IMG/VR virus record: IMGVR_UViG_3300043580_000084
Span: 1 to 57,949 of that record
Direction: 5' to 3' (one strand)
Source: a virus
Lineage: Duplodnaviria > Caudoviricetes
Length of the DNA stretch: 57,949 nucleotides
A program made the position numbers and the translations under genes. Positions within the stretch are counted from its first letter, which is position 1, and the number at the start of each line of letters is the position of its first letter. The notes beneath the pieces were generated by a model. The model ran no database searches and was not told the origin of the DNA. It worked only from the letters and a program-made list of their open reading frames with translations. Positions 16,734-26,907 of this stretch are shown here, one piece after another.

Positions 16734-19700
16734 GTGGCTGGAATCGGATCCGCATGGGGTTCGCGGGAGGAAATGCTCCACCCGCGTGACCGGCATGGGC
16801 GCTTCCGCAAGAAGTGGAAGATGGCCGCTGGGGTTGTCGATGCCCTGTCCAAGTTCCTGGACAGGTTCCAGCCACACTCCTTCCAGTCCGATCAGCAGGC
16901 GTCGCAGTACGCGTTCAACCGTCGCAAGGCCCCGTGGTCCACCCCCGAGTTGCAGCGTCTGCACATGGACTGGGACGAGGCCAATGGAGCCCTCCAGGCC
17001 GGGAAGATGGACCCGACCACCAAGCGGTTCACCCAAATGATGGACCGCAACATGGTGGAGACCACCGACGACCTGATCGTGTCCCAGACCGTTCCCACGG
17101 AAGCCTTTGGTCTCAGTCCGCAGCAAGCAGCTATGGAAGACGGTGGCCTGGAAGACCTCATCGGTCTGGAGATCGCCGACGCTGGATACAGCGCCACCAG
17201 CCTGGGGTCCGAGCTGTCCCACCCGCCCGGCTCGGTCACGTTGCGGGTGGCTGTCCCCAAGGGAACCCGGGTCGCCTACGGGGGCCGTAGTCCTAACGAT
17301 CGAGCCGTCATCTTCGACCGGGACCAGCCCCTTGTCGTCACCAAGGTGGAGTCGGACGGGCGTGGTGGCTGGTACATGCTGGCCATTGCCGGCAGTGGCG
17401 CCCGCACCAAGGGTGCGGCCGCTGTCGCCGACGACCGCACCCACGGCACCCGTGGCGCTGCCCTCACCCCGGAGCAGCGGGAAGCTCGGATATCCCCGCA
17501 GATGTCCGGGGAGTCCCGGCTCAAGATCGCCCAGCGGGAGCAGCAGCAGAATGAGGCTGCTACTCTGCGTCACCAGCGGGAGGTTCAAGGAACTCCGCCA
17601 CCGCCCCATGAGACGCCAGTCCCTGGCCCCGCCCCAGCCCCGGCTCCCGCCACTCCTGCTTCGCCGCAGACATCCGCCCCCCCAGCGGCCGGTGTTCCCG
17701 AGCGGCGGGAGCCGGTTCACTCCAACGCAGTTGGCCCTGGCAGTCCCGAGGGACGCTCTGCTTCCGAAGTTGCCCAGATGGGTGAGGAAGCTAGGGCCAC
17801 CGCGGCGAAGGAGGCCGCCACTCCAGCGGCACCGACGCCGCCCACGCCACTGGAGTTCCAGGAGGCGGCCCGGGGCCTGTCTGTGCCCACCGCCGGCAAG
17901 CAGCGCTCGGAATGGAACAAGGCCCACAGCGACCTGTCCCGAGGCAAGCGGGACCCCGGTGATGTGCTGCGGGAACTCGACACGGACATCGAGGAGAACA
18001 AGCGGCAGGCGGCCAGTGCCGACCATGCCGAGAAGAAAGACACTCTGGACCGCAACATCCAGGCCCAGGAGCAGTTGGCTGACCTGATCGCCGAGAAGTA
18101 TGGGTTGCAGCGCCAGGGTCGGGAGGCTAAAGGGACAGGTGATGGCACCAGCCCTACACCGACCCCGGCTGCCAAGAAGGCTCCCAGAGTCGCGCCAGGG
18201 GCGCCATCCACCAAGCGGGAAGCCACACCCAAGGCCCCGGCCCCCCGCAGTGGGAAAGGTCGCAAGCCTGCCGACATCGCCGCCGATATCCAGGCCGCCA
18301 AGGCCCGCGAGGAAGCAGACGCACACCTGGAAGGGATGACCGGGGCCGAGCTGAAGGCCCTGGCCGACCACATGGAGGCCCCGGTCCGGGCCCGTGCCAC
18401 CAAGGCAGAACTCCGTAAGGCCATCGTGTTCCGCAAGGGCCGGGAGCTGGATTCGGACGCTATCAGTGGCCACGGCAAGGCCCGCCGTGACGCCGAGGCT
18501 GCCAAGGCAGCCAAGGCAGCGGAGAAGGCTGTCCCCGAAGCCCCAGCGGCTCCGGCCAAGAAGGTAGCCGGTCCAGACCGGACCGGCGAGATGTCTTCGT
18601 TGCGAAGCTTTGCTGAACGAGAGCGTGCCAAGAAGGCTGCCCCCGCCAAGGCCGCACCGTCCCCTGTGGACGATGCCGAAGAGGCCTTCAAGGCTCGGGT
18701 CGCTGAGGCTGGACTCCCGGACAAGGTCGCTGACCTTCGGGCCCAGGCACGGGAGAAGAAGATCCGCGGCTTCTCCACCATGAACAAGCGCCAGCTTCAG
18801 TCGGCGCTGCTCGGCGACGAGGTTCCCAAAGCCGGGAAGATCGCCCCGGTCAGTCCGAAGAAGATGATCCCGCACCTGGAGGCAGCAGAGTCGGACCAGG
18901 AGGCCCGCAAGCTGCTGGAGAACCACACCCTGGCCGACCTCAAGGCCCTGGCTGAGGCACGGGAACTGGAACTCCCGAAGCGGGGAGTCACCAAGGATAA
19001 AGTCAAAGACGCCGTCCTGGCCGACATCCGTGGCGTGCCTGGAGGTGCCGGTGGCGAGACCCCGGCCCGGAGTCTGCGCCAGGAACTGAGTGCCCAGAAG
19101 TGGGTAGCGCCAGAGAACCCTGCCGCCGCCAGCAAGGTTCAAGGCATCATCGACGACACCGATGAGATGGACGCAGCCGAGCTGCGTGGGTCCCGCGACG
19201 ACCTGGAGAAGTACTCCAAGGAGCTGCGGGCCGATGGCAACCGTCAGGACGCCAACCTGGTACAGACCTTGGCCGACACCATGGGCATGCGGGCTCAGGT
19301 CATCTCCGGCGTGGAGGAGGGCCCCGCTCGGGCCCCAGCCAAGCGGGCCGCCAAGAAGGCTGTCCCCGCCGTGCCCGAAGGTGAGGCCCCGCCGAAGACC
19401 CTGGACAAGATGCTCCGTACCGAGCTGGCCAAGGTTGCCGCCGACGAAGGTGTTGACGTCAAGAAGTCGGCCACCAAGGCGCAGTTGAAAGAGGCCATCG
19501 AACGGCACCGTCGCGCCGGTGGGCGGGAGAGCAGTGAGGATCGCCTGCGCCAGGAGTTGGAGGCTGTCCCGGTCGAGGCGCCCACGCCGGTCAAGAAGGC
19601 TGCCCCCGCTGCGGTAGTTCCGGACCGGGCACCGACGCCGGAGGAGATCGCCCGGGACGCTGCCCCCACGGCACCGCCAGCCAAGCGGGCCAAGGCCCGT

Positions 19701-22700
19701 GCCCTCAAGCGGGTCCCGGAAGGCTCCGTCGAAGGTCCTCGCGCTGCTGAGAAGCTCGACAGCGAGCCACGCAAGTCTGCGTTCCAGGAAGCCTGGGACG
19801 GGGAAGGGTTCGCCGACGATCCGTCTCTTACTGAGATCCGGGATGACATCGCCTCCGGGAAGATCAGCCAGGAAGAGGGCGTACGCCGCATCCAGTCCGA
19901 GGTCTCCTTCAATGAGGAGGAGATCAGCGACCTGGGCGCCCAGCTTGAAGGCATGGCCCCGGAGGACCGGGACGAGGAGAGTGGCGTCGCCGATGCTATC
20001 CATGCCCGGCGAGCCGAAGTACAGGACAAGATCACCAGCCAGAAGAAGGCAGCCAAGTTCCTGCGGGACCATGCTCGCGACGAAGCCCCGGTCACCCGTC
20101 AGGAGCTGGAGGTCAAGCTCGACGGCCCCGAGAAGGCAGCCCTGGACCGGGTCGACGTCGACTCCCTGAAGGAAGCCGCGCGCCAGGAAGGGCTCGGCAA
20201 CATCGAGGGTGACGACAAAGACACTCTCATCCAGAACATCGCCAAGGCGATAGCAGGTCGGGAGCTGGCCAACCAGGAGAAGGAGCGGACCGCCCGGGAC
20301 CGGCAGGCCCGGATCGGCGAGTCAGGCAAAGTCGCTGAGGCACTGTCCAACCTGGACCAGATGGCCCAGAACGATGGCAGTGACAAGGCTCTTCAGGCTG
20401 GTATCCGACGCCTTCCCGCTGCCGACCGGGAGCGATTGACCAAGGCTCTTGGTGACCGGGACCAGTTCCGCCGGGAGCTGGACAGCATCACTAAGAGCAG
20501 GGACCTGTCCCGGTTCGGGACTGTGGGGGAGACCGTTCCCTACGACCCGCAGAAACATGACGTTGTTGGGGACGTAGCCCCCGGGTCGCCAGTGCTCATC
20601 ACCCGAGCTGGCCACGACTCGCACCTGGGTGGCGGGGACCGGGTCACCTTCAAGGCCCGTGCCATCCCAGACGAGGGGACGAAGATCCCGGCCAAGGCAC
20701 CTGAGGCCCCGGCCGCACCAGCCAAGAAGGCTGCCAAGTTCCTGCCCCCACTGGCCAGTGGGCAGGAACGTAAGAGCGCTACCAACGTTGAGGTTGGGGA
20801 CATCGTTCAACGGGCTGGGGCCCGGAACGCTCCCCCAGCCCGAGTGGTCAAGGTGGAGCGAGGCCCCGGTGGCATCGACATCACCTTGGAAGACGGTAGG
20901 AAGTACAACAACAACCCCAACACTGCCTACTGGATGGGCAGCGGTACCCCTGAGGCCCCGAGCGCCCCCTCTCGGGCAAGCCGGGTTAAGGCGTCTACCC
21001 CACGGGCACAGGAAGTCTTCGACCGCCTCGATGACAACGAGAACCCGCCCACCACAGAAGAAGCGGAAGCTCTTCTCGCTCCCCTAAACAAGGGGGAACT
21101 GGTTTCACTGGCCAGGGGTGTCAGTCTGCCCAACCCAGGCAGCCGGAACATGGCTGACCTCCGGGCCTCCGTCATCGAGGCGACCAGTGGGCGTCGCCGA
21201 GACTCTATTGCCACTCGCAACTTCACCGGGGAACGCCCCGGTGAAGGAGGGCTACCGGTACGTCCCTTTGAGCAGAGTGCCCTTGAATCACCGCCAGTCA
21301 AAAGAGTCTTGGCCAAAGCCGCTGTTCCCGCCAAAGCCGCCCCGAAGCCAGTGGTGGACCTGGACAACCCGACCAAGCACGACGCCGAAGTCATCGGCAC
21401 CGGGCTGGGCCTGGACGCCAAGGGCGAGGACAAGCAGTGGCTGGCCGTGGTTCAGAAGGATCTGGACAATGGTGTCGACGGTCGGCAGATCGCCGATGGT
21501 CTGCGTCGTGGCGCCGACTCCGAGCGGACCCTGCACAACATCGAAGCTGAGTCTGGTGGTGGCACCCCGGACACGGGCCGGGCTGCTCGCATCAACCGCA
21601 TGGAGCTGATGGCGGACCGCCTGGAAGGTGTCCGTCCCATCCCCAAGCCGGAACCGGCTAAGAAGACCGTTGCCCAGCAGGTGCGTCACTTCGACACCAT
21701 GCGGGCACAGTCGGCTTCCTCCAAGGCCCAGGCTGACCTCAAGGCTGGGAAGTCACACACCGAGGTGGCCACAGCATTGCGACAGGCGGCCACCAGTGTG
21801 GGCAGCCGGGACCATGACCCGCAGTTGACCAGCCGAGTCGGGGACCCCACCCCGTCCGAGATGAGTGCCATCAAGCGATCCGACGCTCGTTCCCTGCGGG
21901 AGCTGGCCGACGAGATCAAGGCTGAGGGTGTAGCCCAGCGGGCGGAGGCGCGGGCTACCAAGAAGGCCCGGCCCTCGGTGACTGACGACGCGGTCGCCAC
22001 CTTGCTCATGGACAGGATCGCGGAACGGGACCCTGCCGTAGCCAAGGCAGTGCTGGCTGAGATCTCCCCAGCGGATCGCAAGGAGCTGGATGCGGCCCGG
22101 GAACGTGACACTGCCCGGAAGGCAGCAAGGGCGGCTGTCCCCAAGAAGCGCACCGCCGCCGAGATGCGCCGGGCACGGAGCGCCTCCGAGTCTGAAGGTG
22201 TGCCGGTCGACGAGATCCTGGCCCGCTGGGACGGGCAGAAGCAGGACCGGAAGAACCTGACCGGGCCTGTGGGCGAGATGATCGCGGCCCAGATTGAGGA
22301 CGCGAACCAGGCCCTCCTGGCGGCGGACACCCCGGCCCTGGAAAGCGAGGCCACGGGTCGACTCCTGCATCCGGAGCTACGGACCTGGGCCACCAAGCTG
22401 GGGCTGTCCCCCAGCGGGACAAAGGCCCAGTTGGAGAAGCGGATCGCGGACAGAATCAAGGGGCGTGAGGCACCTGGTGCCAGTGCGGAGCGTGCTGTCC
22501 CAAAAGCACCGGGGGGAATGACTGACCAGCCCCCCAAGCCACACAGTTGGGGAACGTTCGGACAGCGTGGAGACCAGCACTACTTCCATCCGGACGGGCA
22601 GATCCCCATGGCCATGAAACGCCTGGGTCCCGAGGGTCAGCTCGACGTGGGCGATGGCGAATCCCTGCACAACGCCATGGGCGACATCGCCTCCGACATG

Positions 22701-23180
22701 GTCATGGGCAGGATCAGTGGAGATACCGGGGTGGCTCGACTCCGGGCACTCGCTACCAAACTCCAGGCGGGGTCGGGGGCCAGGAACATGGTGGCCAGGC
22801 TGGCTGATGAGCTGGACCAGCCAGCGGTAGCGATGCCTAGGCTCCCCGACGACACCCCAGCCCCGGTGCGGCGGTTGCTGCAACAGGTCATGACGTTCCC
22901 GATCGCCAGGGCCACCGGACACTTCGGTTCCTCCACCTACGAGAAGTCTCTGGTGGACAAGATCGCCGACTTTGTCCGAGAGAAGGCCTCTGGTGAATCC
23001 AGCATCGTGGGGATGAACGATGGCCTGGCTCGGTTGATCACGAACCACACGCACGAGAGCCAGGAAGGGTCCATGGGTCTGCGGGCTCTGACTCAGCCAC
23101 TATTCAAGGACGATAGCGAGATCTCCCAGGCCCTCCTAGCCTGGGCCAAAGAGATCAGGGCCAGACGAAGGAGCACATGA
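16734..23180 (+). CDS. 2148-aa head-module protein with degenerate ADP-ribosyltransferase-like domain and HeH/SAP/Rho-N-like repeats
   Basis: HPRDRHGRF N-terminal motif; GYSATS..LRVAVPKGT; repeated LxxLA..GxK..L..I helix pairs; Ala/Pro/Lys-rich linkers. Confidence 0.75.
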   Translation: MAGIGSAWGSREEMLHPRDRHGRFRKKWKMAAGVVDALSKFLDRFQPHSFQSDQQASQYAFNRRKAPWSTPELQRLHMDWDEANGALQAGKMDPTTKRFTQMMDRNMVETTDDLIVSQTVPTEAFGLSPQQAAMEDGGLEDLIGLEIADAGYSATSLGSELSHPPGSVTLRVAVPKGTRVAYGGRSPNDRAVIFDRDQPLVVTKVESDGRGGWYMLAIAGSGARTKGAAAVADDRTHGTRGAALTPEQREARISPQMSGESRLKIAQREQQQNEAATLRHQREVQGTPPPPHETPVPGPAPAPAPATPASPQTSAPPAAGVPERREPVHSNAVGPGSPEGRSASEVAQMGEEARATAAKEAATPAAPTPPTPLEFQEAARGLSVPTAGKQRSEWNKAHSDLSRGKRDPGDVLRELDTDIEENKRQAASADHAEKKDTLDRNIQAQEQLADLIAEKYGLQRQGREAKGTGDGTSPTPTPAAKKAPRVAPGAPSTKREATPKAPAPRSGKGRKPADIAADIQAAKAREEADAHLEGMTGAELKALADHMEAPVRARATKAELRKAIVFRKGRELDSDAISGHGKARRDAEAAKAAKAAEKAVPEAPAAPAKKVAGPDRTGEMSSLRSFAERERAKKAAPAKAAPSPVDDAEEAFKARVAEAGLPDKVADLRAQAREKKIRGFSTMNKRQLQSALLGDEVPKAGKIAPVSPKKMIPHLEAAESDQEARKLLENHTLADLKALAEARELELPKRGVTKDKVKDAVLADIRGVPGGAGGETPARSLRQELSAQKWVAPENPAAASKVQGIIDDTDEMDAAELRGSRDDLEKYSKELRADGNRQDANLVQTLADTMGMRAQVISGVEEGPARAPAKRAAKKAVPAVPEGEAPPKTLDKMLRTELAKVAADEGVDVKKSATKAQLKEAIERHRRAGGRESSEDRLRQELEAVPVEAPTPVKKAAPAAVVPDRAPTPEEIARDAAPTAPPAKRAKARALKRVPEGSVEGPRAAEKLDSEPRKSAFQEAWDGEGFADDPSLTEIRDDIASGKISQEEGVRRIQSEVSFNEEEISDLGAQLEGMAPEDRDEESGVADAIHARRAEVQDKITSQKKAAKFLRDHARDEAPVTRQELEVKLDGPEKAALDRVDVDSLKEAARQEGLGNIEGDDKDTLIQNIAKAIAGRELANQEKERTARDRQARIGESGKVAEALSNLDQMAQNDGSDKALQAGIRRLPAADRERLTKALGDRDQFRRELDSITKSRDLSRFGTVGETVPYDPQKHDVVGDVAPGSPVLITRAGHDSHLGGGDRVTFKARAIPDEGTKIPAKAPEAPAAPAKKAAKFLPPLASGQERKSATNVEVGDIVQRAGARNAPPARVVKVERGPGGIDITLEDGRKYNNNPNTAYWMGSGTPEAPSAPSRASRVKASTPRAQEVFDRLDDNENPPTTEEAEALLAPLNKGELVSLARGVSLPNPGSRNMADLRASVIEATSGRRRDSIATRNFTGERPGEGGLPVRPFEQSALESPPVKRVLAKAAVPAKAAPKPVVDLDNPTKHDAEVIGTGLGLDAKGEDKQWLAVVQKDLDNGVDGRQIADGLRRGADSERTLHNIEAESGGGTPDTGRAARINRMELMADRLEGVRPIPKPEPAKKTVAQQVRHFDTMRAQSASSKAQADLKAGKSHTEVATALRQAATSVGSRDHDPQLTSRVGDPTPSEMSAIKRSDARSLRELADEIKAEGVAQRAEARATKKARPSVTDDAVATLLMDRIAERDPAVAKAVLAEISPADRKELDAARERDTARKAARAAVPKKRTAAEMRRARSASESEGVPVDEILARWDGQKQDRKNLTGPVGEMIAAQIEDANQALLAADTPALESEATGRLLHPELRTWATKLGLSPSGTKAQLEKRIADRIKGREAPGASAERAVPKAPGGMTDQPPKPHSWGTFGQRGDQHYFHPDGQIPMAMKRLGPEGQLDVGDGESLHNAMGDIASDMVMGRISGDTGVARLRALATKLQAGSGARNMVARLADELDQPAVAMPRLPDDTPAPVRRLLQQVMTFPIARATGHFGSSTYEKSLVDKIADFVREKASGESSIVGMNDGLARLITNHTHESQEGSMGLRALTQPLFKDDSEISQALLAWAKEIRARRRST

Positions 23181-23344
23181 TGCCGTGCGCATGTAACGGA
23201 GGGGCCAGCCAGGAAGCTGCACGCCGCGAGGAACTGTACGAGGTGACGTACACCAACGGACGCAGAGAGACGGTCACTGGGGAACAGGCCGCCAAGGTCG
23301 CGCAGACCATGGGGGGGGTCGGCACACAGATCCGTAAGCTCTGA
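23177..23344 (+). CDS. small protein with N-terminal CxC (MMPCACNGG...)
   Basis: AAGGAG RBS, ATGA overlap; not in the supplied ORF track. Confidence 0.7.
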   Translation: MMPCACNGGASQEAARREELYEVTYTNGRRETVTGEQAAKVAQTMGGVGTQIRKL

Positions 23345-23354
23345 CATTTGCCAC

Positions 23355-23400
23355 GCAGCACCTACTGACCTACCATTCCTCCTAGATCAGTAGGTGCTGC
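23355..23400. promoter_or_regulatory. 14-bp inverted repeat upstream of the major capsid gene
   Basis: gcagcacctactga..tcagtaggtgctgc. Confidence 0.55.
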
Positions 23401-23494
23401 GTTTATGGTCCAGACCCTGATCAACGCCACGCCGGTGGCATGAGCTGTGGGCCTTCACCGGGACGTCTCAAACACGTTCCCTGAAGGAGCAGTA

Positions 23495-25219
23495 ATGACT
23501 TTCCAGATCCCGGAGAGCCTTGACGGCTATTCCGTGTCGGGTCTTGAAGACCTCCGCCGTATCGCTTCTGACGAGTGGGCCACACTCAAGGGCAGCGTTG
23601 ACGTCTACAGCGTGACCGAGGAAGACCTGGAGCGCCTGGAAGAGCTTCAGGAGTTCCGGATGGTCACCGTTCCAGGCGAGCTGGCCGCCCGCGCCGACCG
23701 GGAGACCCGGTTCGCTGCCGCTGTCGAAGACGAGCCCGCCGCCGCGGAGGAGGAGACGACCACTGACACCCCGGCTGAGCCGGTCGCTGTCACTGCGTCC
23801 ACCACCATCCGGGTTGCGGACATCGCTGGCACCACGGCGACCCCCCAGATCCCCGCTGGCGCCCCGGAGCGCACTGCCTACAGCACCCTGGTTGCCTCGG
23901 CGTCGGTCAGCACCGGTGCCGGCGAAGGCTATGAGTCAGGTCAGCGCCTGGACAGCATGCTCGACGTCGCCAAGGTCTTCATGGCCCGGTCCGCGTCCCA
24001 TGACGCGATGAGCCGCCGTGGCATGAAGACGGACGGCCCCATCTCCATGCCGGTCGCTCAGCTGATCCGCAACTACCCGGACGAGTTCTCGGTCGACGGG
24101 GACAACGGGGACTACGCCAAGCTGCTGGCCGTTGCCGACGAGCGCCGGCTGCCGGGTGGGTCGCTGATCGCCTCCACCGAACTGGACCGTAAGCGGCTCC
24201 AGGAGCAGCACCCCGAGCGTGACTCCCTCGTCGCGGCCCAGGGTTGGTGCGCCCCCTCAGAGACCGACTACGACATCTGTCTCCAGATCACCACCGATGG
24301 CCTGGCCGACTTCCCTGAGGTCCAGGCCCGTCGCGGTGGCATCCGGCACAACACCGGCATCGAGTTCGACACGATCTTCGGCTCCGGCACCGGCTTCTTC
24401 GACCTCACTGAGGCCCAGGTCGCCGCCGGCACCACGAAGACCTGCCTGGAGATTCCCTGCCCCGACTTCGTCGACACCCGCCTCGGTGTCACCGGCCTGT
24501 GCCTGACCGGCAATATCTTGGCCAACCGTGGCTACCCGGAGTTCACTGCCACGTTCACCCGTGGCGCTCTGGCGGCCTCGGCGCACCAGATCAACCGGGA
24601 GCAGATCGCGGACGTGGTCACCGGCTCCACGGCGGTTACCTTGTCCGGTGCCCCATGGGCCACTGACGGTTCGACCGTGTCGCAGGTTCTGTCGGCGGTC
24701 GAGATGGCTGTCGTGGACATCAAGTACCGCCTGCGTCTGGAGCGTTCGGCCACCCTTGAAGTCAAGATGCCGTACTGGATCGGTGCCCAGATGCGCGCGG
24801 ACTGGATCCGCCGCAACGGGACCGGCAACGGCCCGGAGGCCATCACGCTGGCTGACTCGATGATCACCGCCGCGTTCACTGCTCGCGGTGCCCGGGTCCA
24901 GTACGTCTACGACTGGCAGGACGCTTTCGCCACCGGTGCCGTCTCCGGCTCCCCAGGTGCTGACACGGCCATCCAGAACCTGCCCACGGCCCTGACCTTC
25001 CTGGTCTACCCGGCCGGCACCTGGGTCCGTGCGGTGTCTGACGTCATCACGTTGAACAGCGTCTACGACAGCACCAAGCTGGCCACCAACCAGGTCACGC
25101 ACCTCTTCACGGAAACGGGGTGGGCCATGTTGAAGATGTGCCCTGTCTCCCGCGTCTACACCGTGAACATCTGCCCCAGCGGTAAGACCACCAACCAGGG
25201 AACCCTTACCTGCCCGTAA
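23495..25219 (+). CDS. major capsid protein with N-terminal scaffold-like region
   Basis: GAAGGAG RBS; LVAAQGWCAPSETDYD, ARRGG, RGYPE, LVYPAGTWV. Confidence 0.88.
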   Translation: MTFQIPESLDGYSVSGLEDLRRIASDEWATLKGSVDVYSVTEEDLERLEELQEFRMVTVPGELAARADRETRFAAAVEDEPAAAEEETTTDTPAEPVAVTASTTIRVADIAGTTATPQIPAGAPERTAYSTLVASASVSTGAGEGYESGQRLDSMLDVAKVFMARSASHDAMSRRGMKTDGPISMPVAQLIRNYPDEFSVDGDNGDYAKLLAVADERRLPGGSLIASTELDRKRLQEQHPERDSLVAAQGWCAPSETDYDICLQITTDGLADFPEVQARRGGIRHNTGIEFDTIFGSGTGFFDLTEAQVAAGTTKTCLEIPCPDFVDTRLGVTGLCLTGNILANRGYPEFTATFTRGALAASAHQINREQIADVVTGSTAVTLSGAPWATDGSTVSQVLSAVEMAVVDIKYRLRLERSATLEVKMPYWIGAQMRADWIRRNGTGNGPEAITLADSMITAAFTARGARVQYVYDWQDAFATGAVSGSPGADTAIQNLPTALTFLVYPAGTWVRAVSDVITLNSVYDSTKLATNQVTHLFTETGWAMLKMCPVSRVYTVNICPSGKTTNQGTLTCP

Positions 25220-25283
25220 TGGCGACAGGGGGCCAGGAAACTGGCCCCCTTCCCCGCCCTGAGGCACGGAACGGAGAGCCTGG

Positions 25284-26132
25284 ATGCCGACCATCGCCAA
25301 CGCACCAACCCTGATCCCTGCCCCGCCGCCACCGCCACGGCCGCCGGGGCTGTTCGACGTGGCCCTGGGGCCAATGCAATTCCCCAACGACGCCGGAGTC
25401 ATGGGCGGCGGCATCATCTATGTGCCGGACACCTGTGAAGACGACGTCTTCCTCTACGCCATGAACTGTCCCTCGGTCTCAGGCTCCAAGACCTTCTCGG
25501 CCATTGAGCCTGCCGTGTCTGGATCCCCGTTCGGGGTCTACACCTCCTACACCTGTGGCTCCATCGGCTTCACCTTCGCCGAGGTGGAGCAGCGGGTACG
25601 GCTGCGGATGCAGCTACGGGAGCAGCGGGCCGTGGAGCGCCGGGTCTGGCAGGGAGTACCAGCGGGTGGCACAGGAGGCATTCCTGGCCACTTCCAGAGC
25701 GCCGCCACCTTGACCGCAGCGGGTTGCATTACCGAGGCCCTGTTCAGCCTGGAACAGGCTCTGGCTGACAACGGTGTCGTGGGCGGCATGATCCATGCCC
25801 GACCCGGAATGGGCGCCATCCTGGCTCAGCAGCATCTGATTGAGCGAACCCAGCGGGGACAGGTATTCACCATGAACGGGACCCCGGTGGTCCTCGGTCA
25901 CGGCTACAACGGCACCGGTCCGGCAGGCCAGGCCACCACCGCCACGACCGAGTACATGTACGCCTCCGGTCGGGTCCTGATCTGGGGCTCGGACACCTGG
26001 GTTCCCCCGGTCGGGGAAACCATGGACCGCGCGCTCAACCAGATCTACACGGTGGCGGAGCGGATCTTCGTCACGATCGTGGAATGTGGCTCCTGGGCTG
26101 TCCAGGTCACCCATGACTGCACCACCGACTAA
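25284..26132 (+). CDS. virion structural protein (capsid-associated)
   Basis: Directly after the capsid gene; EQRAVERRVW, MIHARP, GTPVVLGHGY. Confidence 0.65.
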   Translation: MPTIANAPTLIPAPPPPPRPPGLFDVALGPMQFPNDAGVMGGGIIYVPDTCEDDVFLYAMNCPSVSGSKTFSAIEPAVSGSPFGVYTSYTCGSIGFTFAEVEQRVRLRMQLREQRAVERRVWQGVPAGGTGGIPGHFQSAATLTAAGCITEALFSLEQALADNGVVGGMIHARPGMGAILAQQHLIERTQRGQVFTMNGTPVVLGHGYNGTGPAGQATTATTEYMYASGRVLIWGSDTWVPPVGETMDRALNQIYTVAERIFVTIVECGSWAVQVTHDCTTD

Positions 26133-26146
26133 GTGAAGGAGTAGGC

Positions 26147-26860
26147 ATGCCGTCGCGGTGTTATACCCCGTTCAAAGTTCCTCGGGTCCGCGTCACGAAG
26201 CTGAACTCATGCGGGCTCCCTATCACTGGTTGCTCCACTGTGGTCAGTGACGGAATCATCTCCATCGCGATGACGAAGGAGTATGAGGACCGGGAAGAGT
26301 TCTTCGTCAAGAACGGTGACGGCGTCTTCTGCGTCACCGAGACCAACCCACCGGTCCTGAAGTGGATCAACCTGGAGTTGACGTTCTGCAACGTCGACCC
26401 CGAGATGGTCAACATCATGACCGCCGAGCCCCTGGTCATGGACGACGCCGCTGTTCCCAATGCGACCGGCTACAGCACGGAAGAAGGGTCGGCGGCCAAC
26501 GCCAACTTCGGCTTCGAAGGCTGGACCCGGCTCGCAGCCAATGGTGGAGTTGCCTGCTCGGGTGGCGTGGAGTACGGCTACGCACTGTTCCCCTGGGTGA
26601 AGGAAGGCACCATTGGTGACATCACCTATGAGAACGGTGCCGCCAACTTCATGGTGAGTGCCCGGACGTCCAGCAACTCCCCGTGGGGCCTTGGTCCCTA
26701 CTTCGTGGACTACTCGGACAACCCGGTGGGGTCGACGACACCGATTCGTCTGCTCACCCCGATCGGGTCCCGCCAGCACCACCGCATGTTCATGACCCGC
26801 CTCGCGCCGCCCACCGCGTCGTGTGGCTGCACCACCCTCAGTTCCCTCACCCCCAGCTAG
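26147..26860 (+). CDS. major tail protein
   Basis: RVTKLNSCG, LTFCNVDP, GDITYENG; synteny. Confidence 0.8.
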   Translation: MPSRCYTPFKVPRVRVTKLNSCGLPITGCSTVVSDGIISIAMTKEYEDREEFFVKNGDGVFCVTETNPPVLKWINLELTFCNVDPEMVNIMTAEPLVMDDAAVPNATGYSTEEGSAANANFGFEGWTRLAANGGVACSGGVEYGYALFPWVKEGTIGDITYENGAANFMVSARTSSNSPWGLGPYFVDYSDNPVGSTTPIRLLTPIGSRQHHRMFMTRLAPPTASCGCTTLSSLTPS

Positions 26861-26907
26861 CCTGTAGCGGTGAGTAGCGACTGACATAGAACGCAAGGGA
26901 GGGATTC

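Noticed and set aside
16419-20072. 1217-aa minus-strand ORF and many other long antisense ORFs (e.g. 3206-4381, 24257-25417, 46472-47542)
   Set aside because: Shadow ORFs of high-GC genes on the opposite strand, with no motifs or RBS.
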